A stretch of DNA of 64,000 nt from Candidatus Micrarchaeota archaeon (GTDB lineage Archaea > Micrarchaeota > Micrarchaeia > Micrarchaeales > CABMGC01): assembly GCA_021811535.1 (NCBI GenBank), contig JAJZOF010000020.1, positions 10,572 to 74,571 of the forward strand, read 5' to 3'. Both the position numbers and the translations under genes were made by a program. The notes under the pieces are model-generated. The model was not told where the DNA came from. It did no database searches and saw nothing but the letters and a program-made list of their open reading frames with translations. Of the stretch, positions 16,988-26,342 are shown piece after piece. Position 1 is the first letter of the stretch, and every line of letters begins with the position of its first letter.

Positions 16988-18049
16988 TTAAGTTCGGAGC
17001 AGCCTGTGCGCATCGAGAATCAATTTCTCGGTCTCTTCCCACCCTACGCAAGAATCTGTTACTGAGACGCCGTATTTGAGATCTTTGGGATTTTTTGGAA
17101 TAGGCTGTGATCCCTCGTTGATGTTCGACTCAAGCATTAACCCTTTTATTCCATTGTTGCCTCTGAGTATCTGCCCGATCACATTCCTAAAGACCTTCGA
17201 CTGCATGCGATAATCTTTATTTGAATTTCCATGGGAGCAGTCGACCATTAGCGCGGCGTTCAGCCCGTTTTCTATGAGCATTGCCTGAGCTTTTCTCACA
17301 CTCGCGGTCCTGTAGTTTGGCCCGCGCTCGCTGCCCCTGAGTATTATATGGGTGTCCTGGTTTCCCCTTGTATTTACTGCGGATACAGTCCCGTTCTGGT
17401 CCATTCCGAGGAACCACTGGGCTTTGGATGCGGCAATTACCGCCTGCACCGCTACTGTAATATCCCCCTGTGTGCTGTTCTTGAAACCTACCGGCATTGA
17501 AAGCCCTGATGCCATCTGGCGATGCACAGATGACTGCACGGTTCGCGCCCCTATTGCGGCCCATGAGATCGTGTCACCAAGATATTGCGGAACAAATGGG
17601 TCCAGAAATTCTGTTCCAGAGAAGAGTCCCATCTCTGCATTCCTAACCAGTATTTCCCTGGCCAGCCTTAAGCCTTTATTGATATTTTCTTTTCCGTCAA
17701 GGTTAGGATCATATATCAGGCCTTTCCATCCTATTGTTGTACGCGGTTTTTCAAAATATACGCGTTTTGCAATTATGAAAACGTCTTCGACGGCCTTGCT
17801 TAGGGAGAGCAGCCTCTTGGAGTACTCAGCATCTGATTCGGTATCGTGTATGGAACATTGCCCCACTACAAGGATTATCCTCTTGTCCTTGCCGCGCATA
17901 GATTCCACAATAGCTTGCCTGCCTCGCGCAACAGTCTCCTTGGCGCGGTTTGTGAGAGGCAGTTCCTGCTTCAATATCACAGGGGTTATCAAAGGGCGGT
18001 ATCCGGTTACGTTGCTGTCCTCTATTTTCCTTTTCATTGATTGTGGCAT
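16988..18049 (-). CDS. aroG: 3-deoxy-7-phosphoheptulonate (DAHP) synthase, class I-alpha (AroG/F/H-like)
   Basis: 353-aa ORF that is colinear by eye with E. coli AroG. Shared segments include RIILVVGQCSIHD, VYFEKPRTTIGWKGLIYDP, SWAAIGARTVQS..HRQMASGLSMPVGFKN and SVTDSCVGWEETE. Confidence 0.9.
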   Translation of the reverse strand: MPQSMKRKIEDSNVTGYRPLITPVILKQELPLTNRAKETVARGRQAIVESMRGKDKRIILVVGQCSIHDTESDAEYSKRLLSLSKAVEDVFIIAKRVYFEKPRTTIGWKGLIYDPNLDGKENINKGLRLAREILVRNAEMGLFSGTEFLDPFVPQYLGDTISWAAIGARTVQSSVHRQMASGLSMPVGFKNSTQGDITVAVQAVIAASKAQWFLGMDQNGTVSAVNTRGNQDTHIILRGSERGPNYRTASVRKAQAMLIENGLNAALMVDCSHGNSNKDYRMQSKVFRNVIGQILRGNNGIKGLMLESNINEGSQPIPKNPKDLKYGVSVTDSCVGWEETEKLILDAHRLLRT

Positions 18050-18129
18050 TATGGCACCTCTTTGCTTTTGCCCGCACTAAGCAGGCAGATATGTTAGAAT
18101 TTGTGTAGTTGATATCTTTTTTGTACAAC

Positions 18130-19038
18130 TTATTGCTTTTTCTTTTTCTGGCCCGGCATTCTGCCCTTAGGCTTTGGAATCTTAAGTCCAGGGAACATGT
18201 CCATTAGGGTGTCTGGAGATACCTCAAGATCAAGCTTTATGTTCTGCAGCATCTTCCCGAAAAGGTATACAACTGCGGCACTGCGTGGAGCACCATTTGA
18301 GATGGAGGAATCTATCTGCTTCTTTGTCTCTTCGGTGCACATTATCGAGACTATCTTCTCGATGTTTGCGGCGCTCTTCCTCATCCTATCGGTAGATGCT
18401 GATGCATAAGCGTCAAGTGAATCCGTATCGACTCCGAGCACCTGGGCTATTTTCCTGTCTGCCGCGATGCGTATAGAGGAAAGATGCGCAGCTATCTCCT
18501 CAGGTTTTGTATTCGGTGTTATGGAGAGCTTCTTTACGGCTATCCAGTCCCCGTACTTCGCCATGAAGGATATCCCTTCAGCAGTAAGAGGGTTCTTTAT
18601 CTTCCATGTATTTTTCGGAGCAGCATTTCCAAATACGCCGCTCCTCCTGCCTATGTACCAGCTTATCCCTGCGTTCGTGGCTGCTTCCCTAAGGAGATAT
18701 GCTTTAGCGAAAGGCTTCAGCTCCTCTGCGTTCTTTGATGCAGCATTTATTGCATCCTCTGACTCTTTTGATCCGAGAGCCTTGTATATCTTTGGCAGGG
18801 CTTCGTAGGAACCGCCCTTCAGTGGTGAAGAGAGAGTCTCTGCATATTTCTCAAGCCTGCCTGTATCTATACCGAGTATCTCGAATGCCTTGCGCGAGAC
18901 CTCCTCGCGCACCTCTGCAAGGAAAGATGATATCTCTGCATTAGGCGTAGATGCGCTGCATGTCATGGAACTTGCATCGGACCAGCTCCCGCACTTGGCG
19001 TAGAAATCTATCGAGTCCGAACCTGGTCCAGCAGCCAT
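18130..19038 (-). CDS. Hypothetical protein with an internal two-fold repeat and a Lys-rich C-terminus
   Basis: 302-aa ORF. The segment KCGSWSD..TPNAEISSFLAEVREEVSRKAFEILGIDTGRLEKYAETLSS resembles KYGDWIA..TPNTKPEEIAAHLSSIRIAADRKIAQVLGVDTDSLDAYASAST. The C-terminus reads KPKGRMPGQKKKKQ. I recognise no family. Confidence 0.5.
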   Translation of the reverse strand: MAAGPGSDSIDFYAKCGSWSDASSMTCSASTPNAEISSFLAEVREEVSRKAFEILGIDTGRLEKYAETLSSPLKGGSYEALPKIYKALGSKESEDAINAASKNAEELKPFAKAYLLREAATNAGISWYIGRRSGVFGNAAPKNTWKIKNPLTAEGISFMAKYGDWIAVKKLSITPNTKPEEIAAHLSSIRIAADRKIAQVLGVDTDSLDAYASASTDRMRKSAANIEKIVSIMCTEETKKQIDSSISNGAPRSAAVVYLFGKMLQNIKLDLEVSPDTLMDMFPGLKIPKPKGRMPGQKKKKQ

Positions 19039-19071
19039 TATATGCGCCGTATTTTATGAAGTAGTAGCGCA

Positions 19072-19296
19072 TTATGCGGTAGCTGATACGTAATAGCCTG
19101 AAGCCTTCTCCCTGGCTACGCGCTTCACTACCCCTTTCTGCGACAGGCTTACCAGAGCGTTGTTTATCATGCTCTTCGGTCTGTTGCACTTCTTCGCTAT
19201 GTCATCCGCTGTCTTCTTCTTCTCGTCGCTCGTAGCTCCCAATTCCTTCATTGACTGAAGCACTAGGCTTTCTATTGGTGTAAGGTCTGCCATCAA
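19072..19296 (-). CDS. Small winged-helix DNA-binding protein
   Basis: 74-aa ORF. The sequence LTPIESLVLQSMKELG....TADDIAKKCNRPKSMINNALVSLSQKGVVKRV fits a wHTH fold. It lies between L40e and the 302-aa hypothetical on the same strand. Confidence 0.5.
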   Translation of the reverse strand: MMADLTPIESLVLQSMKELGATSDEKKKTADDIAKKCNRPKSMINNALVSLSQKGVVKRVAREKASGYYVSATA

Positions 19297-19315
19297 ATCA
19301 GCTCAAAAATCATGG

Positions 19316-19429
19316 TTACTTCTTTACTCTCTTCTCCTTCCTCTTGGGCCTCATATACGAAGATCCGCACCTCCTGCATTTAAGCGCATTGACCTTGTTC
19401 CTGGCCTTGCATTTCCTGCATATCTTCAT
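19316..19429 (-). CDS. rpl40e: 50S ribosomal protein L40e
   Basis: Below the 60-aa track cutoff. My manual reverse-strand translation is MKICRKCKARNKVNALKCRRCGSSYMRPKRKEKRVKK* (37 aa). It has the CxxC...CxxC zinc ribbon and the basic tail typical of L40e. Confidence 0.85.
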   Translation of the reverse strand: MKICRKCKARNKVNALKCRRCGSSYMRPKRKEKRVKK

Positions 19430-19628
19430 TGATGATAGTACATGATCAGCTATCGGAAATTTTCCCAAGGGAATCACTCATTTGCTTTCGTCTTTCTTGC
19501 TGTATTGGATTTGCAAGATAAAGCTTTAAAATCTGTAGTATGCGCACTGATACGCGGTACCGAGAGGTTAAAGCATGACGCTAGCAGATATGCATTATAC
19601 ATTAGACTATTTATAATTTTTGCTTCAC

Positions 19629-19636
19629 TATATAAA
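19629..19636 (+). promoter_or_regulatory. TATA box upstream of cdc48
   Basis: The tatataaa box lies 28 nt before the ATG at 19665, which supports that ATG over the track's TTG at 19620. Confidence 0.5.
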
Positions 19637-19664
19637 TCAAATATATCGCCTTTTAGGTGTTTTC

Positions 19665-21815
19665 ATGTCATCCGGCATAGAGCTTACTGTTGCAGACGCT
19701 CTCGTAACTGATTCTGGGAGGAGCATGGCCAGGATCGATGCCAAATCCAGGAAGGCTCTTGAGGTAATGCCCGGAGATATACTTGAGATAAAGGGAAAGA
19801 TAAAGTCGACCGCAGCGGTAGTATGGCAGGCGCACCCGAGCGACGAAGGATTGGGATTCATAAGGATAGACGGTTACCTTAGGCAGAATGTCGGTGCAGG
19901 GATAGGGGACAAGGTCTTTGTCTCCAAGGCGCTTGTGAAAGATGCCGAGAAGATAGTGATAGCCCCTCCGCCAAACCAAAAGCCGCCGCTCTCCCCTGAT
20001 TTTGCAGAGTATGCCAAGAAGAGGGTGGAGAACAGGCCGCTTGCAAAGGGAGATTCCATACCGATACCCATGTTCGGCCTCGTCTTCAACTTCCTTGTGG
20101 TGCAGGTTGTGCCGCATGGGATAGTAAAGGTTACGCAGAATACAAACTTCGTTGTGAAGGAGGAGCCGGTATCCGAATCGCTGGTTAGGGTAGGGGATGT
20201 ACACTATGAGGATATTGGCGGGCTTGACGATGCAAAGCAGAAAGTAAGGGAGATGATAGAGCTTCCAATAAGATATCCTGAGCTCTTTGAACGCCTCGGG
20301 ATAGAGCCGCCAAAGGGTGTGCTGCTCTACGGGCCGCCGGGAACCGGAAAGACGCTCCTTGCGAAGGCGGTTGCCAACGAGAGCGATGCGAACTTCATAT
20401 CCATATCCGGACCTGAGCTGGTGAGCAAGTTCGTGGGGGAGAGCGAGGAGAAGCTTAGGGAGATATTCAAGGAGGCAAACGAGAAGGCGCCTACAATAAT
20501 ATTCATGGATGAGATAGACGCCATTGCACCAAAGCGCGAGGAGGCTACAAACGAAGTTGAGAGGAGAATGGTCTCTCAGCTCCTTACCTTAATGGACGGA
20601 ATGCCGCATAGGGGGCAGGTTATAGTGGTTGCAGCGACGAACAGGCCGGATGCGATAGACCAGGCGCTGCGCAGGCCTGGAAGATTCGACAGGGAGATAG
20701 AGATAGGAGTGCCGAACAGGAATGCAAGGAAGCAGATCCTGCAGATACATACAAGGAACATGCCCCTGGTAAAGGATGTGAGTGTTGACGAGCTTGCTGA
20801 TATAACGCACGGATATACCGGAGCGGATCTTAATGCACTGGTAAGGGAAGCAGCAATGGCGAAGCTGCGCGAGCTCCTGCCCAAGATAATAGACAAGCCT
20901 TCAATCTCAAACGAGGTCCTTCTCGACCTTGCAGTATCACGGTCAAACTTCATGGAGGCGCTGAGGAATGTGCAGCCCAGTGCACTAAGGGAGGTATTCG
21001 TTGAGAGGCCAAACATCCACTGGTCAGATATAGGAGGGTTGGAGAGGGTGAAGAACGACCTCAGGGAAGCGGTTGAGATGCCGCTTAAGAATCCGCAGGC
21101 GTTTGAGAAGATAGGCATACGCCAGATAAAGGGCGTTCTGCTCGTAGGGCCGCCGGGAACCGGAAAGACGCTTATAGCTAAGGCGATAGCTACAGAGAGG
21201 GAATCGAACTTCATATCGATAAAGGGGCCTGAGGTGCTGAGCAAGTTTGTGGGGGAGAGCGAGAAGACAGTAAGGGAACTCTTCAGGAAAGCCAGGCTTG
21301 CGGCCCCATGCATAATATTTATAGATGAGATAGACTCCATAGCGAGGGTGCGCGGAAGCAGCGAGGATACGCGGGTCACGGAGAGGGTTGTCGACACTCT
21401 TCTTATGGAGATGGACGGGTTGAAGGAACTTAAGGATGTCGTTGTGCTTGCCGCAACCAACAGGCCTGATGAGATAGACCCTGCGCTTATAAGGCCTGGA
21501 AGATTCGACAAGATAATAGACATACCCATGCCTGACGCGAAGGCCAGGCTCTCGATATTCCAGGTGCACACCAAACGCATGCCTCTCGAGAATGTCTCGC
21601 TTGAGGAGCTGGCAAACGAGACAGAGAATTATACAGGGGCGGAGATAGAGAACCTCTGCAGGGAAGCGGGGATGAATGCCATAAGGAACGGCAGGGAGGT
21701 CGTGAGGAAGGATGATTTCGCCCATGCGCTCAAGGAGGTTAAGCCTGCGGTGCCGAAGGAGCTCGCCGAGAGGATAAAGAGGTTCAAGGACGAGCCTGAG
21801 AGCATGTATAGATAA
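19665..21815 (+). CDS. cdc48: CDC48/VCP-like AAA+ ATPase (two AAA domains)
   Basis: The N-domain reads [13 protein letters not shown]...GDILEIKG. There are two Walker A sites ([13 protein letters not shown] and [13 protein letters not shown]), two Walker B sites (IIFMDEID and IIFIDEID) and SRH motifs ([17 protein letters not shown]). Confidence 0.95.
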   Translation: MSSGIELTVADALVTDSGRSMARIDAKSRKALEVMPGDILEIKGKIKSTAAVVWQAHPSDEGLGFIRIDGYLRQNVGAGIGDKVFVSKALVKDAEKIVIAPPPNQKPPLSPDFAEYAKKRVENRPLAKGDSIPIPMFGLVFNFLVVQVVPHGIVKVTQNTNFVVKEEPVSESLVRVGDVHYEDIGGLDDAKQKVREMIELPIRYPELFERLGIEPPKGVLLYGPPGTGKTLLAKAVANESDANFISISGPELVSKFVGESEEKLREIFKEANEKAPTIIFMDEIDAIAPKREEATNEVERRMVSQLLTLMDGMPHRGQVIVVAATNRPDAIDQALRRPGRFDREIEIGVPNRNARKQILQIHTRNMPLVKDVSVDELADITHGYTGADLNALVREAAMAKLRELLPKIIDKPSISNEVLLDLAVSRSNFMEALRNVQPSALREVFVERPNIHWSDIGGLERVKNDLREAVEMPLKNPQAFEKIGIRQIKGVLLVGPPGTGKTLIAKAIATERESNFISIKGPEVLSKFVGESEKTVRELFRKARLAAPCIIFIDEIDSIARVRGSSEDTRVTERVVDTLLMEMDGLKELKDVVVLAATNRPDEIDPALIRPGRFDKIIDIPMPDAKARLSIFQVHTKRMPLENVSLEELANETENYTGAEIENLCREAGMNAIRNGREVVRKDDFAHALKEVKPAVPKELAERIKRFKDEPESMYR

Positions 21816-21831
21816 TTTTACAGGTTATTTT

Positions 21832-22221
21832 ATGAAAATAGTTTACTCTGACAGGAAGAGCGGGAAGACGGCACAGGCGGAAGTAGCGAAGGAGGGCGAG
21901 AGCCGGCTTATCGGATTGCGGATAGGGGATCAGCTGGAGGGAAGCGCGGTGGGAATAGAGGGCGTCAAGCTCCAGATAACCGGGCTCAGCGACAATACAG
22001 GCGCGCCATCGAGAAAAGAGATAGACGGCAGCGGAAAGGTATGGCCGTTGATATCAAGCGGCGTAGGAATACGCGGCGCGAAGAACGGCTACAGGCACAG
22101 GCGCATGGTAAGGGGAAACGCGATAAGCCCGGATACCGTACAGATAAATACGGTTATACTTGAGCATGGAAGCAGGTCGCTGGAAGAGCTTTTCAAGCCT
22201 AAGGAGAAGAAAGAGCAATGA
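21832..22221 (+). CDS. rps6e: 30S ribosomal protein S6e
   Basis: 129-aa ORF with S6e-like segments KLQITGLSDNTGAPSRKEIDGSG and GYRHRRMVRGNAIS. It immediately precedes aIF2-gamma, which is a conserved archaeal gene order. Confidence 0.85.
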   Translation: MKIVYSDRKSGKTAQAEVAKEGESRLIGLRIGDQLEGSAVGIEGVKLQITGLSDNTGAPSRKEIDGSGKVWPLISSGVGIRGAKNGYRHRRMVRGNAISPDTVQINTVILEHGSRSLEELFKPKEKKEQ

Positions 22222-23439
22222 TTGGATATGATAAAACAGAGCGAGCTGAATATAGGCACACTCGGCCATGTCGACCATGGGAAGACCACGCTGACGTCTG
22301 CCATAACGCATAGCTGGACGGATACGCACAGCGAGAGCATTAAGAGGAGCATGACCATAAAGCTTGGATACGCAGATGCTACGATAAGCAGGTGCGCCGG
22401 AAAGGAAGGCCCTGATGCTTTCACAACAGATGCAGAATGCCCGGAAGGAGGAGAACTCACTCCTCTGCGCAGGATCTCGCTCCTGGATTCTCCTGGGCAC
22501 GAGACCCTTATGGCCACCGCCATAGCAGGCTCAAGTATAATAGACGCGGCATTGTTCGTGATATCCGCGACGGAGCCTTGCCCTATGCCGCAGACTAAGG
22601 AACACGGGATAATAATAAACGCCCTTGGCATAAAGAACGTGATAATCGTACAGACAAAGATAGACGTGGTCGGAAAAGAAGGGACAATGAAGCATTACGC
22701 GCAGATAAAGAATTTCGTGAAGGGCACGACCATGGAGAACGCGCCGATAGTGCCTGTCATGGCAAACAAGAATGTCAATGTGGATGCTGTGCTTGAGCAG
22801 ATAATGGGAATTAAGATACCGGAAAGGGACAATAGCGCAGACCCAATAATGTACATCGCGCGTTCTTTCGATATTAATAAGCCAGGCACAAAGATATCCA
22901 AACTCCTTGGAGGTGTTATAGGAGGCTCCATAATAAGAGGTAAGTTCAAGAGGGGAGACGAGATAGAGATAAGGCCTGGGATAAACATGGCAAAGGACAA
23001 GCAGAAGAAGGAGTCTTATTCACCCATAATTACCACAATAGAGAGCCTCTCCGCAGGAAGCGGGCAGCTTGATGAGGCTGTGGCAGGAGGCCTTGTGGCG
23101 GTAGGCACCAATATAGATCCATCTTACGCAAAAGCCGATGGCCTTGTTGGGCAGATAGTAGGCAAGGTAGGGAAGCTCCCAGAATTGGTAAATGAGGCTG
23201 TGATAAAATACACTATGATTAACAGGAGCGATATACCAAAACAGGCATTTAAGACCAATGAGGCTGTGCTTCTCGGCATAGGCACAGGCACAGTGATAGG
23301 TTATGTCAAAAAGGCCAGGAAGGAGAAGATGGACATCGAGTTCCGGCACCCGGTATGCATAGACAAGGATGCGAAGATCTCTGTTTTGAGGAACTTTGGG
23401 CAGAGGTGGAGGCTCACCGGATATGGAAGCGTTGCCTGA
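22222..23439 (+). CDS. eif2g: Translation initiation factor 2 gamma subunit (aIF2-gamma)
   Basis: GTPase motifs NIGTLGHVDHGKTTL, DSPGHE and QTKID are present, along with the zinc-knuckle region. The start is TTG at 22222 or ATG at 22228. Confidence 0.92.
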   Translation: MDMIKQSELNIGTLGHVDHGKTTLTSAITHSWTDTHSESIKRSMTIKLGYADATISRCAGKEGPDAFTTDAECPEGGELTPLRRISLLDSPGHETLMATAIAGSSIIDAALFVISATEPCPMPQTKEHGIIINALGIKNVIIVQTKIDVVGKEGTMKHYAQIKNFVKGTTMENAPIVPVMANKNVNVDAVLEQIMGIKIPERDNSADPIMYIARSFDINKPGTKISKLLGGVIGGSIIRGKFKRGDEIEIRPGINMAKDKQKKESYSPIITTIESLSAGSGQLDEAVAGGLVAVGTNIDPSYAKADGLVGQIVGKVGKLPELVNEAVIKYTMINRSDIPKQAFKTNEAVLLGIGTGTVIGYVKKARKEKMDIEFRHPVCIDKDAKISVLRNFGQRWRLTGYGSVA

Positions 23440-23473
23440 TCTTCAAGAAACGCGCAATGCATGTTACATAAGA

Positions 23474-23481
23474 TTATATTA
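23474..23481 (+). promoter_or_regulatory. TATA-like box upstream of pilin-like gene 2
   Basis: The ttatatta box lies 27 nt before the ATG at 23509 and is conserved with the element at 14114. Confidence 0.45.
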
Positions 23482-23758
23482 ATTTGCAGCAGTATATCTT
23501 TGGGTTGTATGCAGATAGTAATCCGCGCCCAGTCGGCAATGGAATACCTGATGACTTACGGTTGGGCGATACTTATTATTGCAGTGGTTCTCGGCGCGCT
23601 CTTCGAGCTCGGCGTCTTCAGCGGCACTTTCTTCATGCCGCATGTGCCTCCGGGATCGTGCCACATCTTTCGGCCTTACGGACCTAGGACATTAGGCTCC
23701 ATAAATCTTGAGGGAGAGTGCCAGGGCGCGCTGCCGCAGTATGTGGCGCAATTCAACG
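23475..23758 (+). repeat. Conserved 5' module, partner of 14115..14397
   Basis: See the feature at 14115..14397. Confidence 0.7.
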
Positions 23759-24390
23759 GACAGACCGGCTCAATAGATATGCCCTCACCGATTACAGGAA
23801 CACTCAGCAGCGTTACCATAAGTCTTTGGTTCAGCCCGGCAAGCAGCGCCACCGGACAAGAGTTGCCGTTCACTGATAAATGGTCTCAGCAGATAGCATG
23901 GACAGATGGTTCAGCTGTAGGCAAGGCAGGGTCTGTTATTGGAGGTACAACTAATGGAGGCAATTGGGAATACTCGAACACGCTGCAGCCGGGTGCGTGG
24001 TATTTTGTGGTGCTTACTGGTACCTCTGCAGGGGATAATTTATATATAAATGGGCAGCAGGTTGCAAGCGACTCTGGCGTTGTAACGACAGGAAGCACTG
24101 CAATATGGATAGGCAGCACTGGCGAGGCTAATGGAGGGGCAGGTTGCTGTAACTACGCATTCTTAGGCTCTGTGTCGAATGTCCAGGTTTACAATACTTC
24201 TATTTCCCAGCCGGAAATAACTGCGCTCTACCAAGAAGGCATAGGCGGTGCGCCGATAAACCTGCAGAACCTGGTTGGATGGTGGCCCTTGAATGGAAAT
24301 GCGAACGACTACTCGGGCAATAACAACGGTGGAACGGCGGCAAACGTTATATATACTACAAACTGGGAAAGCGGTTATACGCAACCTTGA
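23509..24390 (+). CDS. Class III signal peptide (pilin-like) protein with a LamG-like domain, paralog 2
   Basis: The start was moved from the track's 23461 to 23509 by homology with paralog 1 (MQIVIRA|QSAMEYLMTYGWAILIIAVVLGALFELGVF). LamG-type landmarks are present (GAWYFVVLTG...LYINGQQVA...NVQVYNTSI). The C-terminus is nearly identical to paralog 1. Confidence 0.75.
   Translation: MQIVIRAQSAMEYLMTYGWAILIIAVVLGALFELGVFSGTFFMPHVPPGSCHIFRPYGPRTLGSINLEGECQGALPQYVAQFNGQTGSIDMPSPITGTLSSVTISLWFSPASSATGQELPFTDKWSQQIAWTDGSAVGKAGSVIGGTTNGGNWEYSNTLQPGAWYFVVLTGTSAGDNLYINGQQVASDSGVVTTGSTAIWIGSTGEANGGAGCCNYAFLGSVSNVQVYNTSISQPEITALYQEGIGGAPINLQNLVGWWPLNGNANDYSGNNNGGTAANVIYTTNWESGYTQP
24178..24390 (+). repeat. 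Conserved 3' module, partner of 14853..15065
   Basis: See the feature at 14853..15065. Confidence 0.7.
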
Positions 24391-24392
24391 CG

Positions 24393-25379
24393 CTATTGGA
24401 ACCTGATGGTTTTTGAGGCTACAGACTCTATCTCTTTTGCCAGCCGCTCCCTGTCTTCCCTCTTCTTCAGGAATCCGTATTTCTGCATGTTTATAGAGAA
24501 GCCACACGCACGTGGGTGCCCATTGCCGCCGAAATGCCTTGCGAGATTCGTGCAGTCGGGACCTATGCTGCGGATGTGCCCCCTGCCGTTCCTGACGTTT
24601 ATGTATATTCCAACTCTCTTTTTGGCATGCGCTATCAGATCCATGCATGCCTTTGTCTTCTGTATATCCTTCTCGAATCCTACGACTATATTTCCGTATT
24701 CGTAGGCGCTTTTTATCATCCTCTTTGAACGCTCGTTATTTATCTTCTCGAATTCCTTGGCCATCCGCTTTGTATCTGCGTCGTACATCTTACCGTTTTT
24801 TATGGTCTCGGTAAGCTTCCTTAGCGCCGAGTTTATCTTTCCGTATGAATTATACGTGTTGATCTTTGCTATGCTTAAGGCGTATATGCCTATTGCCTCA
24901 TAGGTTTTCTGGTCCTTCGGCCTTATGTTGAAGTCGGAGTAGTGGACCATGCGTACAAATTTGTCGACGAATTGGCTGGTGATTCCAAGCTCTCTGGATA
25001 CAATCTCGGTGGCGCAGTGGCTCTTGTTTTCCCCGACTGTTGCAAAGTCGCACTTTGATGCAACATTGTTTATCTGCTCCGCTGTCCACTGGTGATGGTC
25101 GAACCACATGACCCTGCCGTTATGCTTCCGTATTGCGCTTATGAGTCTTATGAAGCCGGGCATTATCGCAGGGCTCATCCCAAGATCAGACACCATTAAG
25201 GTAATGCCCTTCGCAGCTTCGGGGATGAGCGCCTCGGATATCTTCCTTATTGTCTCTGCAGAGTAATCTGCAAAGAATATGTGATCCTTGGGCAGACCGT
25301 ATTTTATACGCATCAGCGAGGCGCTGCCTACACCGTCTATATCGGTAGCATGGGATATGACGAATATCCTTTCGGTCAT
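24393..25379 (-). CDS. DHH/DHHA1-family phosphoesterase (NrnA-like)
   Basis: 328-aa ORF with SHATDIDGVGSA (DHH motifs I/II), MWFDHHQW (DHH motif) and GGNGHPRACGF (DHHA1 GGGH motif). Confidence 0.8.
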   Translation of the reverse strand: MTERIFVISHATDIDGVGSASLMRIKYGLPKDHIFFADYSAETIRKISEALIPEAAKGITLMVSDLGMSPAIMPGFIRLISAIRKHNGRVMWFDHHQWTAEQINNVASKCDFATVGENKSHCATEIVSRELGITSQFVDKFVRMVHYSDFNIRPKDQKTYEAIGIYALSIAKINTYNSYGKINSALRKLTETIKNGKMYDADTKRMAKEFEKINNERSKRMIKSAYEYGNIVVGFEKDIQKTKACMDLIAHAKKRVGIYINVRNGRGHIRSIGPDCTNLARHFGGNGHPRACGFSINMQKYGFLKKREDRERLAKEIESVASKTIRFQ

Positions 25380-25452
25380 TTTATCTCCTTACTGATTCTC
25401 AGGCAAGGTATTTATTCATGATATTTGAAGATAGATTTAGCAGGGTGTTGAA

Positions 25453-26043
25453 TTGGAGAAGCCTATTGTGAGCATAGACCTTGACGGCACAATTGCTGAT
25501 ACCAACTCTTATTTTGCTGATGTTGTCATGGAAAGGCATGGGCGGCACCTGCACAAGTCAGACATGGTTAACTACCAGCTGCACACCCTTTTCGAGGACA
25601 TGAGCAGGGAGGAGGCGGAATATATATTCAAGGGGGCATGGAGCGGGGAGAACTGGAGGCGCGTGGGGCTCGTCGAGGATAATGTTCCTTCGGTTATAGA
25701 GGATATAAGGAGAAAGTATGTTGTTTACGTATGCACCGCCTCAAAGGGCGAAGGTGCAGTGATAGAGAGATGGCTCAAGGAGAAGGGCATAAGATACGAC
25801 AGGTTCATGATCGCAGACGGGCATTCAGGCAAACTCCTTAATGGAGCCGACATATACGTGGATGATTACTCTGATCTGGCGGCAGAGATAGCATCGCGCG
25901 GAAAGAGGGTCGTGCTCCTAAAGCAGCCATGGAATTCCTCTTTTGCTGAGAAGAACAAGGATAGGTTAATATCCGTAGCCGATAATTGGAGCGATATAAG
26001 GAGATTGCTGCTCCATGATGCCATCCAGGCATTGGATAGATGA
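25453..26043 (+). CDS. HAD-family 5'(3')-deoxyribonucleotidase-like phosphatase
   Basis: 196-aa ORF with a TTG start. It has HAD motif I SIDLDGTIADT, VYVCTAS, and YVDDY near the C-terminus. Confidence 0.6.
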   Translation: MEKPIVSIDLDGTIADTNSYFADVVMERHGRHLHKSDMVNYQLHTLFEDMSREEAEYIFKGAWSGENWRRVGLVEDNVPSVIEDIRRKYVVYVCTASKGEGAVIERWLKEKGIRYDRFMIADGHSGKLLNGADIYVDDYSDLAAEIASRGKRVVLLKQPWNSSFAEKNKDRLISVADNWSDIRRLLLHDAIQALDR

Positions 26044-26045
26044 AC

Positions 26046-26342
26046 CTACTTTTTCTCCTTGGGTTTCTGCGGCTTCGGAGCTGATCCGCCGAGTTTTGAC
26101 TCTTCTATCTCCAGAGTCCTTACCAGCTGTTCCTTGTTCTTTGGGTCTATCTTCTCCGAGAGGAATTCTAGATGGTTTATGTTGCAACGCCTCTCCTTCG
26201 GCCTTGAGCTTGTCACGACATTCACAAATGAACCGTCTATGACCTTGGTGACTACTGCCCGGTCTCCAGCATCCCTCCCGTATTTCTTTACACATACCCT
26301 GCCTTCTTCTATCAATGCCATATTCACACCGTTATTAATCAA
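26046..26342 (-). CDS. rpl14e: 50S ribosomal protein L14e
   Basis: 98-aa ORF with a KOW-like segment (GRVCVKKYGRDAGDRAVVTKVID). It sits in the conserved L34e-cmk-L14e order. Confidence 0.8.
   Translation of the reverse strand: MINNGVNMALIEEGRVCVKKYGRDAGDRAVVTKVIDGSFVNVVTSSRPKERRCNINHLEFLSEKIDPKNKEQLVRTLEIEESKLGGSAPKPQKPKEKK

Noticed and set aside
16443-17051. A 202-aa minus-strand Arg/His/Lys-rich ORF.
   Set aside because: It is antisense to the ABC-2 permease gene and its composition is typical of the reverse frame of a hydrophobic protein gene.
20576-21580. A 334-aa minus-strand ORF, along with the ORFs at 21024..21725, 19668..20204 and other nearby ones, lies inside the CDC48 gene.
   Set aside because: It is antisense to an unambiguous, motif-rich AAA+ gene. 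The translation is low-complexity (Ser/Leu/Ile-rich) with no recognisable motif, which is a typical shadow ORF.
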